From contig JBEKGP010000001.1 in NCBI GenBank assembly GCA_050012735.1, forward strand, positions 68,055 to 125,110: a stretch of 57,056 nt of DNA, given 5' to 3'. The notes beneath the pieces were generated by a model, which saw nothing but the letters and a program-made list of their open reading frames with translations, was not told the DNA's origin and did no database searches. This document shows, piece after piece, positions 25,179-36,685 of the stretch. The stretch's first letter is position 1; each line of letters opens with the position of its first letter. The position numbers and the translations under genes are program-made. The DNA comes from Candidatus Dormibacteria bacterium (GTDB taxonomy: Bacteria > Chloroflexota > Dormibacteria > Aeolococcales > Aeolococcaceae).

Positions 25179-26148
25179 CGAGTATCGACCGATACACGGC
25201 GCGGGCCGGCAGACATTCGGTCTGCACGGCCTGTGGGGCGAGTTATCGGCGGAGTTCATCGGGACGTTGACCCTGGTCGCCTTCGGAGACGGGGTTGTCG
25301 CCATGGCGGTCGCCGCCCTCCCTGGCTCGGGCAGGGCCGCCACGTCCACGACCATCTTCATGGCCGCCGGCGACTGGCTGCTGATCACCCTCGGATGGGC
25401 GTTCGCCGTCATGATCGGCGTCTACGTCGCCGGCGGCGTGAGCGGCGCCCACCTCAACCCGGCGGTGACCCTGGCCCTGGCGTTCAGGCGTCGCTTCCCC
25501 TGGATGAGCGTGGTCCCCTACTGGATCGCTCAAATCGTCGGGGCCTTCGTGGGCGCGGCATTGGTGATGTGGGTCTACCACGACGCCATCGCCGCCTACA
25601 ACACCGCCGCACACCTGGTCCCCTCGGCGGGCAACGCGCTGGCCACCTACTCGATCTTCGCGACCTTCCCAGCCGCCTACTTCCACGGGAGCATCGGGGG
25701 ACCGTTCCTCGATGAGGCGGTGGGCACCGGCCTGCTGGTGCTCGGCATCTTCGCGGTGACCGACTCGCGCAACTCAGCGCCGACCAGCAACCTCGGGCCA
25801 CTCATCGTCGGCTTCGTGGTCTTCGCGGTCGGCACCTCGTTCGGAGCCAACACCGGGTACGCGATCAACCCCGCCCGTGACTTCGGGCCACGCCTCTTCG
25901 CGTTCATCGCGGGTTACGGCCAGGTGGCCCTGCCCGGGACCTTCAACAACCACGCGGGCTTCTCGTTCAGCGACTACTTCTGGATTCCGATCCTCGGTCC
26001 GCTCGTCGGCGGTTGTGTCGGTGCCATCGTCTACGACTTCTTCGTCGGTGACGTGCTGCACGCCCGCAAGTCGCGGACCGGTGCGGCCGATGCAGTGCCG
26101 GAGGAGGTTGGCCGCTCCGAGGCCAACGTTCGGCCCGACCGGGCGTAG
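25171..26148 (+). CDS. glpF: MIP-family glycerol uptake facilitator (aquaglyceroporin)
   Basis: 325-aa ORF. Two NPA boxes (HLNPAVTLA and AINPARDFGPR), six TM segments, SD GGAGGG 7 nt upstream. Confidence 0.9.
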   Translation: MADEYRPIHGAGRQTFGLHGLWGELSAEFIGTLTLVAFGDGVVAMAVAALPGSGRAATSTTIFMAAGDWLLITLGWAFAVMIGVYVAGGVSGAHLNPAVTLALAFRRRFPWMSVVPYWIAQIVGAFVGAALVMWVYHDAIAAYNTAAHLVPSAGNALATYSIFATFPAAYFHGSIGGPFLDEAVGTGLLVLGIFAVTDSRNSAPTSNLGPLIVGFVVFAVGTSFGANTGYAINPARDFGPRLFAFIAGYGQVALPGTFNNHAGFSFSDYFWIPILGPLVGGCVGAIVYDFFVGDVLHARKSRTGAADAVPEEVGRSEANVRPDRA

Positions 26149-26160
26149 CGGGCAACGATC

Positions 26161-27162
26161 ATGAAGAAGCTGATCAACCGCGTCGAGGACGTTGTCAAAG
26201 AGGAGCTGGAAGGCATCGTCGCCGCTCATTCCGACCTCGTACGGGTGCACTTCGCACCCAACTACGTGGTGCGGGCCGACGCACCGGTCAGCGGCAAGGT
26301 GGCCCTCGTCTCCGGCGGAGGCTCGGGGCACGAGCCGATGCACGGGGGCTTCGTGGGGATGGGCATGCTGGATGCGGCCTGCCCGGGTGAGGTCTTCACC
26401 TCGCCGACCCCCGACCAGATCCTGGAGGCCACCAAGGCGGTCAGCGGCGGCGCCGGCGTGCTTCATATCGTCAAGAACTACACCGGTGACATCCTCAACT
26501 TCGAGATGGCCGCGGATCTTGCCAAGGCCGACGACATCGAAGTGGAGGCGGTCGTCATCAACGACGACGTGGCGGTCCAGGACAGCCTGTACACCGCCGG
26601 GCGGCGCGGCGTCGGCACCACGGTGCTCGCAGAGAAGATCTGCGGAGCCGCGGCGGAGACGCATGCGTCGCTCAAGGACGTCGCCGAGCAGTGCCGCAGG
26701 GTCAACGCGAACGGGCGGAGCATGGGCATGGCCCTGACCTCCTGCACCGTGCCCGCGGCCGGCAAGCCGACCTTCGACCTGGGCGAGCAGGAGATGGAGA
26801 TCGGGATCGGCATCCACGGTGAGCCGGGCCGCGAGCGCCGCGCGCTGGCGAGCGCCGACGAGGTCGTGGAGATGCTGACCCGCCCGATCGTCGAGGACCT
26901 GCCGTTCAAGCGGGGCGATTCGGTTCTGGCGTTCGTCAACGGCATGGGCGGCACCCCACTCATCGAGCTCTACATCGTCTATCGGGCGCTCGCGCGCTAC
27001 CTGGACGGCGTGGGCGTGAAGATCGGGCGCAAGCTGATCGGCCCCTACATCACCTCCTTGGAGATGGCGGGCTGCTCCATCACCTTGCTCCGTCTCGACG
27101 ATGAGATGACCAAGCTGTGGGACGCCCCCGTCAACACCCCAGGACTGCGCTGGGGAGTCTGA
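26161..27162 (+). CDS. dhaK: PTS-dependent dihydroxyacetone kinase subunit DhaK (copy 2, E. coli-like)
   Basis: 333-aa [90 protein letters not shown]. Confidence 0.95.
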   Translation: MKKLINRVEDVVKEELEGIVAAHSDLVRVHFAPNYVVRADAPVSGKVALVSGGGSGHEPMHGGFVGMGMLDAACPGEVFTSPTPDQILEATKAVSGGAGVLHIVKNYTGDILNFEMAADLAKADDIEVEAVVINDDVAVQDSLYTAGRRGVGTTVLAEKICGAAAETHASLKDVAEQCRRVNANGRSMGMALTSCTVPAAGKPTFDLGEQEMEIGIGIHGEPGRERRALASADEVVEMLTRPIVEDLPFKRGDSVLAFVNGMGGTPLIELYIVYRALARYLDGVGVKIGRKLIGPYITSLEMAGCSITLLRLDDEMTKLWDAPVNTPGLRWGV

Positions 27163-27195
27163 GCAGCAGAAGAGATCGGTTAGAGGGCAGCGACG

Positions 27196-27834
27196 ATGGT
27201 CGTCACGTATCAGCAGGGACTTGCCTTCGTGCAAGGCTTCGCCGCTGCCATAGCCGAGAACAAGGCATACCTGACCCAGTTGGACTCGGAGATCGGCGAC
27301 GCCGACCACGGGACCAACATGGACCGAGGCATGCAGGCAGTGCTGGCGAAGGTCGGCTCCCTGGAGGGGGCCGACCTGTCGCAGCTCTTCAAGACCACCG
27401 CGATGACTCTGATCTCGACCGTGGGCGGAGCCAGTGGGCCTCTCTACGGCACCGTCTTCTTGGGGCTGGGCACCGCCGTCACGGGCAAGACCGAGCTTTC
27501 GGCACAGGAGTGGAGCCAGGCCTTCGATGCCGCCGTTCAGGCGGTGCGGGCGCGGGGCAAGGCCCAGCCCGGGGATAAGACCATGATCGACGCCCTGCAA
27601 CCGGCCGCCGACTCGCTGCGCGAGGCGGCGCTGGATGGCGCCACGCTCGAGGCGGCACTGGTCGCCTGCGAGCAGGCGGCCGAGCAGGGCATGCAGGCCA
27701 CCATCCCGCTGGTGGCGCGGAAGGGCCGGGCCAGCTATCTGGGAGAGCGCAGCGCCGGGCATCAGGACCCGGGGGCGACCTCATCCTGGCTGCTGGTCCG
27801 GGCGGCCCGACAGGCATTCACGGCTGATACGTGA
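27196..27834 (+). CDS. dhaL: Dihydroxyacetone kinase subunit DhaL (copy 2)
   Basis: 212-aa ORF. LDSEIGDADHGTNM, GGASGPLYG, GDKTMIDAL, ARKGRASYLGERS. Confidence 0.9.
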   Translation: MVVTYQQGLAFVQGFAAAIAENKAYLTQLDSEIGDADHGTNMDRGMQAVLAKVGSLEGADLSQLFKTTAMTLISTVGGASGPLYGTVFLGLGTAVTGKTELSAQEWSQAFDAAVQAVRARGKAQPGDKTMIDALQPAADSLREAALDGATLEAALVACEQAAEQGMQATIPLVARKGRASYLGERSAGHQDPGATSSWLLVRAARQAFTADT

Positions 27835-27855
27835 GCTGGGAGTAAGGAGAACGAT

Positions 27856-29352
<1,497 letters not shown>

Positions 29353-29382
29353 TCGGCAGGCAATCGGACTGAACCGGGAACC

Positions 29383-30936
29383 ATGACTGAAGCTCTCGAG
29401 TGCCAGCTGCTGGTGATCGGGGGCGGTTCCACGGGGGCCGGGGTGGCCTGGGACGCCGCGCTGCGCGGTTTCCAGGTCATCCTGGCCGACCGGGGTGACC
29501 TTGCCACCGGTACCGCGGGCCGCTTCCACGGTCTTCTCCACTCCGGTGGCCGTTACGTGGTGCGCGACCCTGCCGGTGCGCGCGAGTGCGCCCGGGAGAA
29601 CGTGATCCTGCGCCGCGTGGCGAGCGCGGCCATCGAGGACACGGGCGGGCTCTTCGTGACCACCCCGCTCGACGACCTCGACTACGCCGACCGTTTCCTC
29701 GCCGCATGCCCGACCGCGGAGGTTCCGGTGGAGGAGATCTCCCCGTCCGAGGCTCTGCGCCGTGAGCCCCGGCTGACCCCGGCGCTGCGGCGGGCCTTCG
29801 CGGTGAACGACGGCAGCATCGACAGCTGGAAGCTGGTCTGGAGCTGCGCCCAGGGAGCCGAGCAGTTGGGAGCCCGGATCCTTCCCTACCACCCGGTCAC
29901 GGCCATCCTCCGCGACGGTGACCGGGTGACAGGCGCCCGTCTCCATGACCTGCGCTCCGGCGACGAGTTCGAGGTCCGAGCCCAGTGCGTGATCAACGCC
30001 GCCGGGGCCTGGAGCGGGCGGGTGGCGCAGATGGCCGGCTGCGAGGTCGCGGTCCGGCCCGGCAAGGGAGTGATGGTGGCGATCAACCACAGGATCGCCA
30101 ACTGCGTGGTCAACCGCTGCCACATGACCGGAGACGGCGACATCGTGGTGCCCAGCCACAGCGTGAGCGTGATCGGCACCACCGACACCCCCGTCGAGGA
30201 TCCGGACGACATCGACGCCACGGCGGAGGAGGTGGCCTCGATGATGGCGGCGGGCGATGTCCTCCTCCCCGGCTTCAGCCGGTCTCGGGCTCTCCGCGTC
30301 TGGTCCGGGGCGCGCCCGCTCCTCCCCAAGACCGCCGCCGTGGGTGACGACCGCGAGGTGAGCCGTTCCCACAGCGTGATACGGCACGCCCAACGGGATG
30401 CTCTGGGCGGTCTGATCTCGATCGCGGGCGGCAAGCTGACGACCTTCCGGCTGATGGCCAAGGACACCGTCGATGCCGCATGCGCGGAGCTGGGGGTGGA
30501 GAGGAGCTGCACGACCGCGGAAACCCCGCTGCCCGGGAGCACCGGCCACAACTACTACCGGTTGCCGGACCACCAGGCGGACTTCGAGAAGGGGCCGGCC
30601 GACAACCCCATGGTCTGCGAATGCGAGCTGGTGTCACAGGCCGACGTACTGGAGGCGGCACGGCACCATCCCAAGGGTCAGATCGACGATCTGCGCCGGG
30701 TCCTCCGCATCGGCATGGGGCCCTGCCAGGGTGGCTTCTGCGCCTTCCGGACCGCCGCCCTCCTCCACGGCCACGGGGAATACGACCGCGCCGAGGCCAA
30801 CGCCGCGCTGCGTGCCTTCGTCCAGGAGCGGTGGAAGGGTCAGCGCCCGGTGCTCTGGGGTCAGCAGCTCCGTCAGGCGCGACTCGACGCGTGGATCTTC
30901 CAAGGGGTGCTCGACATCGAGCACCTGCCCACATGA
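29383..30936 (+). CDS. glpA: Anaerobic glycerol-3-phosphate dehydrogenase subunit A
   Basis: 517-aa ORF. FAD motif LLVIGGGSTGAGVAWDAALRG, GGKLTTFRLMA, C-terminal BFD-like Cys cluster CECELV...GMGPCQGGFC. Confidence 0.9.
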   Translation: MTEALECQLLVIGGGSTGAGVAWDAALRGFQVILADRGDLATGTAGRFHGLLHSGGRYVVRDPAGARECARENVILRRVASAAIEDTGGLFVTTPLDDLDYADRFLAACPTAEVPVEEISPSEALRREPRLTPALRRAFAVNDGSIDSWKLVWSCAQGAEQLGARILPYHPVTAILRDGDRVTGARLHDLRSGDEFEVRAQCVINAAGAWSGRVAQMAGCEVAVRPGKGVMVAINHRIANCVVNRCHMTGDGDIVVPSHSVSVIGTTDTPVEDPDDIDATAEEVASMMAAGDVLLPGFSRSRALRVWSGARPLLPKTAAVGDDREVSRSHSVIRHAQRDALGGLISIAGGKLTTFRLMAKDTVDAACAELGVERSCTTAETPLPGSTGHNYYRLPDHQADFEKGPADNPMVCECELVSQADVLEAARHHPKGQIDDLRRVLRIGMGPCQGGFCAFRTAALLHGHGEYDRAEANAALRAFVQERWKGQRPVLWGQQLRQARLDAWIFQGVLDIEHLPT

Positions 30937-30958
30937 GACGCAGACCGGAGGAGATGCG

Positions 30959-32227
30959 GTGATCACGGACGCCCTCGTGATCGGGGCCGGGACGGCCGGT
31001 CTGACCGCCGGAATCCGCCTGGCCCGCGGCGGGCTGCGGGTCACGGTGGTGGCAACCGGAGAGGGATGCCTTCCCCTCGCCAGCGGGACCATCGACGTCC
31101 TGGGCTTCGCCCCCGACGCGGTGCAGAACCCTCGCGGCGCCCTGCCCGGATTCCTCGATGCCAACCCCGAGCACCCCTACCGGATCAGCGGCCTGGCCGG
31201 GCTCGAGCAGAGCCTCGCCTGGTTCGTGAAGACCGCTGAGCCGCTCGGCTACCACGGCGAGCTGTCTCGGAACCAGTGGGTTCCAACGGTTCTGGGCGGC
31301 CTGCGCCCGACGGCGCTGGTACCCCGCAGCATGGCCGCCGGCGACCTCGGTGGTGGCGGCGAGGTGCTCATCGCCGGCATCCGCGGTTTCCGGGACTTCC
31401 ATCCCGCGCTCCTCGCCGCCAACCTGGGCCGGGCAGCGGCGGCGTCCGCACCGGCCATCCAGACGCGGGCGATCGAGCTCGACTGGCCGGGCAGCGCGGG
31501 TGACATGCCCCCCTTCCGCCTGGCCCGCCGGCTGGAAGACCCGGAGATCCGGCGGCGGCTGGCCGCCCAGCTCCGTTCCAAGCTCGGTGACGCCACCGCG
31601 GTGGGACTGCCCGCGGTCCTCGGACGCGAGAGAGCCACCGAGGTCCACGCCGACCTCGAGCGCCGGCTCGGCCGGCCGGTCTTCGAGATCCCCGGTCTGC
31701 CCCCGTCGCTTCCCGGTCTGCGGCTCTTTGACTGCCTGCGCCGGGCGCTGCTCGACGCGGGCGGCCGCCTGCTGCTGGGCAGCACCGCCATCTCGGCCAC
31801 CCACCACCATGAGACCGTCGACTCGGTGACCATCACCCAGGCGTCGCGCCCGGTGGAGGTGAGCGCCGGGTTCTTCGTGCTGGCGACCGGGGGCTTCGCC
31901 ACCGGCGGCATCATCCGGGAGCCCGACGGCCGGCTCCGGGAGCCTGTTTTCGGCCTGCCGGTGCAGGGCCTGGCCCCGGGGCAGGAGCCCTTCGGCGACC
32001 AGTACCTGGCGGAGCACCCGCTGGACCGCGTCGGGCTGAGCACCGACGCGCAGGGCCGGCCCCTGGGCGCGGCCGGAGGTCCCCACGCCGTCAACCTCTA
32101 CGCCGCCGGTGCGGTGCTGACCGGCGCCCTCCCCTGGCGCGAGAAGTCAGGCGAGGGGCTGAGCCTCTCCACCGGATGGCACGCCGCCGAGGCCATCGTG
32201 GGGCGCCGGCGTGAGGACGCCGCGTGA
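30959..32227 (+). CDS. glpB: Anaerobic glycerol-3-phosphate dehydrogenase subunit B
   Basis: In frame within ORF 30473..32227. GTG 30959 follows GGAGGAG. FAD motif ALVIGAGTAGLTAGIRLARGG. The position between glpA and glpC fits glpB. Confidence 0.8.
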   Translation: MITDALVIGAGTAGLTAGIRLARGGLRVTVVATGEGCLPLASGTIDVLGFAPDAVQNPRGALPGFLDANPEHPYRISGLAGLEQSLAWFVKTAEPLGYHGELSRNQWVPTVLGGLRPTALVPRSMAAGDLGGGGEVLIAGIRGFRDFHPALLAANLGRAAAASAPAIQTRAIELDWPGSAGDMPPFRLARRLEDPEIRRRLAAQLRSKLGDATAVGLPAVLGRERATEVHADLERRLGRPVFEIPGLPPSLPGLRLFDCLRRALLDAGGRLLLGSTAISATHHHETVDSVTITQASRPVEVSAGFFVLATGGFATGGIIREPDGRLREPVFGLPVQGLAPGQEPFGDQYLAEHPLDRVGLSTDAQGRPLGAAGGPHAVNLYAAGAVLTGALPWREKSGEGLSLSTGWHAAEAIVGRRREDAA

Positions 32228-32228
32228 G

Positions 32229-33461
32229 ATGGAGGCGATGAGCATGCTGATGGAGACCGAGGGGATGGGGGTGCGTCCCTCCCTCGATGGATGCATCAAG
32301 TGCACCATCTGCGAGAGCGCGTGCCCCTACGCCGCCGTCACCGCGCACTTCCCCGGGCCCAAGACCGTGGGGCCGCAGGAGGAGCGCTTCCGTCTAGGTC
32401 CTCTTTCGGCCGACTGGTCGGTGGACTACTGCTCGGGCTGCGGGATCTGCAGCCGGGTCTGTCCCCAGGACGTCAGGATCGCCGAGATCAACTCGCGTGC
32501 CCGGGCCCAGCTCAAAGAGCAGCGCGGCATCCCCCTGCGCGACCAGCTGCTGGCTCGACCTGACGTGATGGGTCGGCTCGGCCGGCCGATACGCCCACTC
32601 TTCAACTGGGCCATGGGCACCCCTCTTGTGCGCTTCCCGGTGGAACGCGTCATCGGCATCCATCGCAAGGCCGCCATCCCGAAGGTCGCACCGCGCACCT
32701 TCCAGCAATGGGCGCGGCGGCATGTCAGCCGGCCGGCACACGACCGGGTCGTCTATTTCCACGGCTGCAGCACCAACTACTTTGAGCCCCGGCTGGGCCG
32801 GATGGTCGTCGCCGTGCTCGAGCACCAGGGGCTGACCGTGGAGATTCCCCAGCAGGGCTGCTGCGGGCTGCCGCTGCAGTCCAACGGTAACTTCCCCGCC
32901 GCCCGCACCTACGCCACCCGGCTCGCCCGCCAGCTGCGCAGCACGCCGGGTGACCTCCCGGTGATCGCCGCCTCGACCAGTTGCGCGCTGATGCTCAAGC
33001 GCGAGGCGCGCGAGATCCTGGGGGTCGAGGATCCGGCACTGGTCGACGTCTCGCAGCGCACCTACGACATCTTCGAGTACCTCCGCGACCTCCACGAGCA
33101 GGGCCGGCTGAAGACCGACTTCGTCCCGGTGGAGCTCACCGTCGCCTATCACGCACCCTGCCAGCAGCAGAATCAATTGATCGGCAAGCCCGCCCTCGAC
33201 GTGCTCGCCCTGGTACCGGGCCTGAAGCTGGTCGAGCTGGATCGGGACTGCTGCGGGGTCGGCGGCACCTACGGCATCAAGCGCGAGAAGTACGAGATCT
33301 CGATGGCGGTCGGCGCGGGCCTCTTCTCGGACATCAAGCACATCGCCCCGGACCTGGTCCTCTGCGACAGCGAGACCTGCCGCTGGCACATCGCCAAGGC
33401 CACCGGGTTCCCGGTGATCCACCCCCTGGAGCTGCTGCACCGGGCCTATGGCGGCCACTGA
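32229..33461 (+). CDS. glpC: Anaerobic glycerol-3-phosphate dehydrogenase subunit C (Fe-S/CCG-domain)
   Basis: ORF 32211..33461. Ferredoxin motifs CIKCTICESACP and CSGCGICSRVCP, CCG-domain cysteines (GCCGLPLQ, CCGVGGTYG). Start is uncertain (ATG 32229 or ATG 32265). Confidence 0.85.
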   Translation: MEAMSMLMETEGMGVRPSLDGCIKCTICESACPYAAVTAHFPGPKTVGPQEERFRLGPLSADWSVDYCSGCGICSRVCPQDVRIAEINSRARAQLKEQRGIPLRDQLLARPDVMGRLGRPIRPLFNWAMGTPLVRFPVERVIGIHRKAAIPKVAPRTFQQWARRHVSRPAHDRVVYFHGCSTNYFEPRLGRMVVAVLEHQGLTVEIPQQGCCGLPLQSNGNFPAARTYATRLARQLRSTPGDLPVIAASTSCALMLKREAREILGVEDPALVDVSQRTYDIFEYLRDLHEQGRLKTDFVPVELTVAYHAPCQQQNQLIGKPALDVLALVPGLKLVELDRDCCGVGGTYGIKREKYEISMAVGAGLFSDIKHIAPDLVLCDSETCRWHIAKATGFPVIHPLELLHRAYGGH

Positions 33462-36075
33462 AGCCACCGATTCCGTGCCCGGTGAGACGCCGGTGGGCCT
33501 GGTCCTCGTCTCCCACAGCGCACAGCTGGCCGAGGGCGCGGCGGAGCTGGCCCGGGCAATGGCCGGAGATCAGGTCCGAATCGTGGCGGCCGGCGGGATG
33601 GCGCCGCCGGAGACGGCGCTCGGAACGGACGCGGTCCGGGTGGCGGCAGCCATCGAGGAGGCCTGGTCCGAGCGTGGGGTGCTGGTGCTGATGGACCTGG
33701 GCAGCGCCCTCCTCTCCGCCGAGATGGCGGTCGAGCTCCTCCCCGAGGGGCGCGGGAAACGCGTGCTCCTGAGTGCCGCCCCCCTGGTCGAGGGCGCGGT
33801 GGCAGCGGCGGTGGCGGCGCGCTTGGGGGAGCCCATCGAGAAGGTGGCGAGCGAGGCCACCGGCTCGCTGGACGCCAAGCGCGCACAGGTCGGCGGCCCC
33901 GCCGAGCCCGTGGAGGTACAGGCCCCGCCCGACCTCAGCGGGCCCGGCGTCGAGACCCGCATCGCGGTGGACATCCCCCTGGGTCTCCATGCCCGTCCGG
34001 CCGCACGGCTGATCCGGGCCACCGCAGGGCTTGACGCCCAGGTCCTGGCCAGCAACGCCACCACCGGTTCGGGGATGGTCACCGCACGCAGCCTCAACGC
34101 GCTCGCCGGACTGCAGGTCCGCGAGGGCAACGAGCTGCTGCTGAAGGCGTCGGGTCCGGACGCGCAGAAGGCGATCGATGCGCTCCGAGCCCTGGCGGCG
34201 CGCCGCTTCGACGAGCCCACGGTGAGGCAGGACGTCACCCCCGCCGCCGCATCCGCGCCACCCACCGCCGGGCCGTCGCCCCTGGCGGTGGCACCGCCGA
34301 CCGGCCTGACGGGCGAGCTGCGCGGCATCCCCGCATCGATCGGAATCGCCATCGGCACGCTGCAGTTCCTGGGGCAGGCCGACCTGACGGTTCCGGAGGC
34401 CGAGGCCGACGATCCCCCCACGGAGCTCGAGGCCCTGGGGCTGGCCGTGACCGCCACACGCCACGACCTCGAGCAGCTCCGCGACCAGACCCGGGCACGG
34501 TCGGGGAGCTATGAGGCGGACATCATCGATGCTGACCTGCTCTTCCTCGAGGATCCGGAGCTCCTGGAACCGACCCGGGCGGCGATCAGCGATCGGCGGC
34601 TCACCGCCGCTCAGGCGTGGTCCGAGGTCTCGACCCGCCTCGGCCAGTCCTGGGAGCGGCTCGACGATCCCAACATGCGCCTTCGGGCTGCGGACCTCGC
34701 GGGCGTGAGCCGCAGGGTGCTGCACCGCCTGCTGGGGCGGCCCGCTCCCGTCCTGCACCAGGCGGGGATCCTCGTGGCCCGCGACCTGGCGCCCACTGAC
34801 ACCGCGGCTCTGGACCCCACCCAGGTCATGGGGATCGCCACCGCGGGTGGCGGCCCCACCTCGCACAGCGCCATCCTCGCCCGCGCCCTGGGGATCCCTG
34901 CGGTGGTGGGGTTGGGTGACCAGCTGCTCGCTGTGACTCCAGGACGGCACGCGCTTCTGGACGGCGGCCGGGGCACGCTCATCCTCGACCCGCCGGCCGC
35001 GCTGGTCCGGCGCGCGCGCGCCGAGTCGCGCGAGGAGCAGCGTCGGGAGGCCCGCGCCGCCGCGGCGGCCCACCTCCCCGCCGTCACCATGGACGGCCTC
35101 GTCGTGGAGGTGGCGGCCAACATCGGAGCCGTCGAGGAGGCCTCCCGGGCCGTCCTGGCCGGAGCCGACGGGGTGGGGTTGCTCCGCACCGAGTTCCTCT
35201 TCCTGGAGGCGGAGACCATGCCCGGAGAGGAGGCGCAGGAACGGGTCTACTCGGAGATCGCCGCTCGCCTGGAGGGCCGCCCCCTCACCATCAGGACCCT
35301 GGACGTGGGTGCGGACAAACCCCTCCCCTACCTCCGCACCGTCCACGAGGACAACCCGGCGCTCGGGCTGCGCGGCATCCGTCTCGGGCTGGCGCAGCCC
35401 GAGGTGCTCAAAGCCCAGCTGCGCGCGGTGGTCCAGACCGCGCGGCGCTTCCCGGTGCGGGTCATGTTCCCCATGGTGTCGGGTGCGGGCGAGGTCGACG
35501 CGGCCCGAGCCCTGCTCACCGAGGCCGCCGGGTCTGAACCGCTCTCGCTCGAGGTGGGCGTGATGGTGGAGGTCCCCTCCGCGGCCCTGAGCGCCGCCCG
35601 GCTCGCCGAGAGGGTGGACTTCTTCTCGCTCGGCACCAACGACCTCTCCCAGTACACGCTCGCCGCGGACCGTGGTAACGCCGAGGTCGCCGTCCTGGCG
35701 GACGCGTTCCATCCGGCGACGCTCCGCCTCATCGCGGCGACGGTCCGGGCCGCGCGGGCACGGGGGCGCTGGGTGGGCGTGTGCGGTGAGCTGGCCGGCC
35801 AGGTCGAGGCGGTCCCCCTGCTCATCGGGCTCGGGGTGAGGGAGCTCTCCGTGGCCGTCCCAGCGGTGGCGAGGATCAAGGAGGCGGTGCGCGCGGCCGA
35901 CTCCAGGGCATGCGTGCGGCTGGCCCGGAGGGCTCTCCGGCTCGCCGACGGGGCGGCCGTCCGTGGCCTCATCTCTGGTACCGCCCGAAGTGCGACCATT
36001 GCTCCCCGACATGGCTCGCCGGCCCCCCCTCGCCGCGCCTCCACGGGGAGCTCAGCTACCGCTCCCCACGGGTGA
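33448..36075 (+). CDS. dhaM: Multiphosphoryl-transfer protein: DhaM (EIIA-Man-like) + HPr domain + full-length PTS Enzyme I
   Basis: 875-aa ORF. VGLVLVSHSAQLAEGAAELA (EIIA-Man-type His), IPLGLHARPAARL (HPr His motif), GGPTSHSAILARALGIPAVVG (EI phospho-His), LLRTEFLF, FFSLGTNDLSQY, GVCGELAG (PEP-binding TIM barrel). The start overlaps the glpC end by 14 nt. Confidence 0.85.
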   Translation: MAATEATDSVPGETPVGLVLVSHSAQLAEGAAELARAMAGDQVRIVAAGGMAPPETALGTDAVRVAAAIEEAWSERGVLVLMDLGSALLSAEMAVELLPEGRGKRVLLSAAPLVEGAVAAAVAARLGEPIEKVASEATGSLDAKRAQVGGPAEPVEVQAPPDLSGPGVETRIAVDIPLGLHARPAARLIRATAGLDAQVLASNATTGSGMVTARSLNALAGLQVREGNELLLKASGPDAQKAIDALRALAARRFDEPTVRQDVTPAAASAPPTAGPSPLAVAPPTGLTGELRGIPASIGIAIGTLQFLGQADLTVPEAEADDPPTELEALGLAVTATRHDLEQLRDQTRARSGSYEADIIDADLLFLEDPELLEPTRAAISDRRLTAAQAWSEVSTRLGQSWERLDDPNMRLRAADLAGVSRRVLHRLLGRPAPVLHQAGILVARDLAPTDTAALDPTQVMGIATAGGGPTSHSAILARALGIPAVVGLGDQLLAVTPGRHALLDGGRGTLILDPPAALVRRARAESREEQRREARAAAAAHLPAVTMDGLVVEVAANIGAVEEASRAVLAGADGVGLLRTEFLFLEAETMPGEEAQERVYSEIAARLEGRPLTIRTLDVGADKPLPYLRTVHEDNPALGLRGIRLGLAQPEVLKAQLRAVVQTARRFPVRVMFPMVSGAGEVDAARALLTEAAGSEPLSLEVGVMVEVPSAALSAARLAERVDFFSLGTNDLSQYTLAADRGNAEVAVLADAFHPATLRLIAATVRAARARGRWVGVCGELAGQVEAVPLLIGLGVRELSVAVPAVARIKEAVRAADSRACVRLARRALRLADGAAVRGLISGTARSATIAPRHGSPAPPRRASTGSSATAPHG

Positions 36076-36100
36076 CGGTGGGCTGGCACACCCAGCGAGC

Positions 36101-36685
36101 GTGATCCCCGCCGCGGCCGTCCGCTCACGCGGCCGCACCGCCTTCGTGGGCTCCACCACGGGACTGCGACTCGTCCTCACCCCGGTGGTGGCAGCGCTGG
36201 CCCTCTCCGGGCAGGGACGCTGGGCGGCGGTGGTGTTCGCGATCGGCGCCAGCACCGACTACCTCGACGGGTACCTGGCCCGCCGGTGGCAGGTGAGCAC
36301 GCTGACCGGAAGCTTCCTGGACACCACCGCCGACAAGGTGATGGTGGCCGGCGTCCTGATCGCCCTCACCAGCATGGGCCAGGCCTCGCCGTGGGCGGTG
36401 ATGATCATCGTGTGCCGGGAACTGCTGGTGATGGGGCTGCGCGGCGCAGTGGCCGTCTCGGGCACGGTGATCCGATCGTCCCAGCTCGGACGCACCAAGG
36501 CCGCGGTCCAGTTCGTGGCCATCATCCTGCTGCTGCTCCGTGTCGACACGCGCCTCGGCCCGACCGGCATCGGGGAGTGGGCGCTCTGGATCGCCACCGC
36601 GCTGACCGTGCTCTCCGCCGCCGACTACATCTCACGCTGGGCGGCCTCGACGCTCCGCGGCTCGACGCCGGCCACCCCGAGGTGA
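36101..36685 (+). CDS. pgsA: CDP-alcohol phosphatidyltransferase (PgsA-like CDP-diacylglycerol--glycerol-3-phosphate phosphatidyltransferase)
   Basis: ORF 35963..36685 trimmed to GTG 36101 (downstream of the dhaM stop). Signature D-G-x2-A-R-x8-G-x3-D-x3-D in DYLDGYLARRWQVSTLTGSFLDTTADK. Substrate specificity is inferred only. Confidence 0.75.
   Translation: MIPAAAVRSRGRTAFVGSTTGLRLVLTPVVAALALSGQGRWAAVVFAIGASTDYLDGYLARRWQVSTLTGSFLDTTADKVMVAGVLIALTSMGQASPWAVMIIVCRELLVMGLRGAVAVSGTVIRSSQLGRTKAAVQFVAIILLLLRVDTRLGPTGIGEWALWIATALTVLSAADYISRWAASTLRGSTPATPR

Noticed and set aside
35963-36681. Long N-terminal extensions of the pgsA-like ORF (from 35963) and the SDR ORF (from 36286)
   Set aside because: The extensions overlap the preceding, well-supported genes (the DhaM-EI fusion and pgsA) and carry no family signal. 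Starts at GTG 36101 and GTG 36682 give full-length domains and typical 4-nt coupling.
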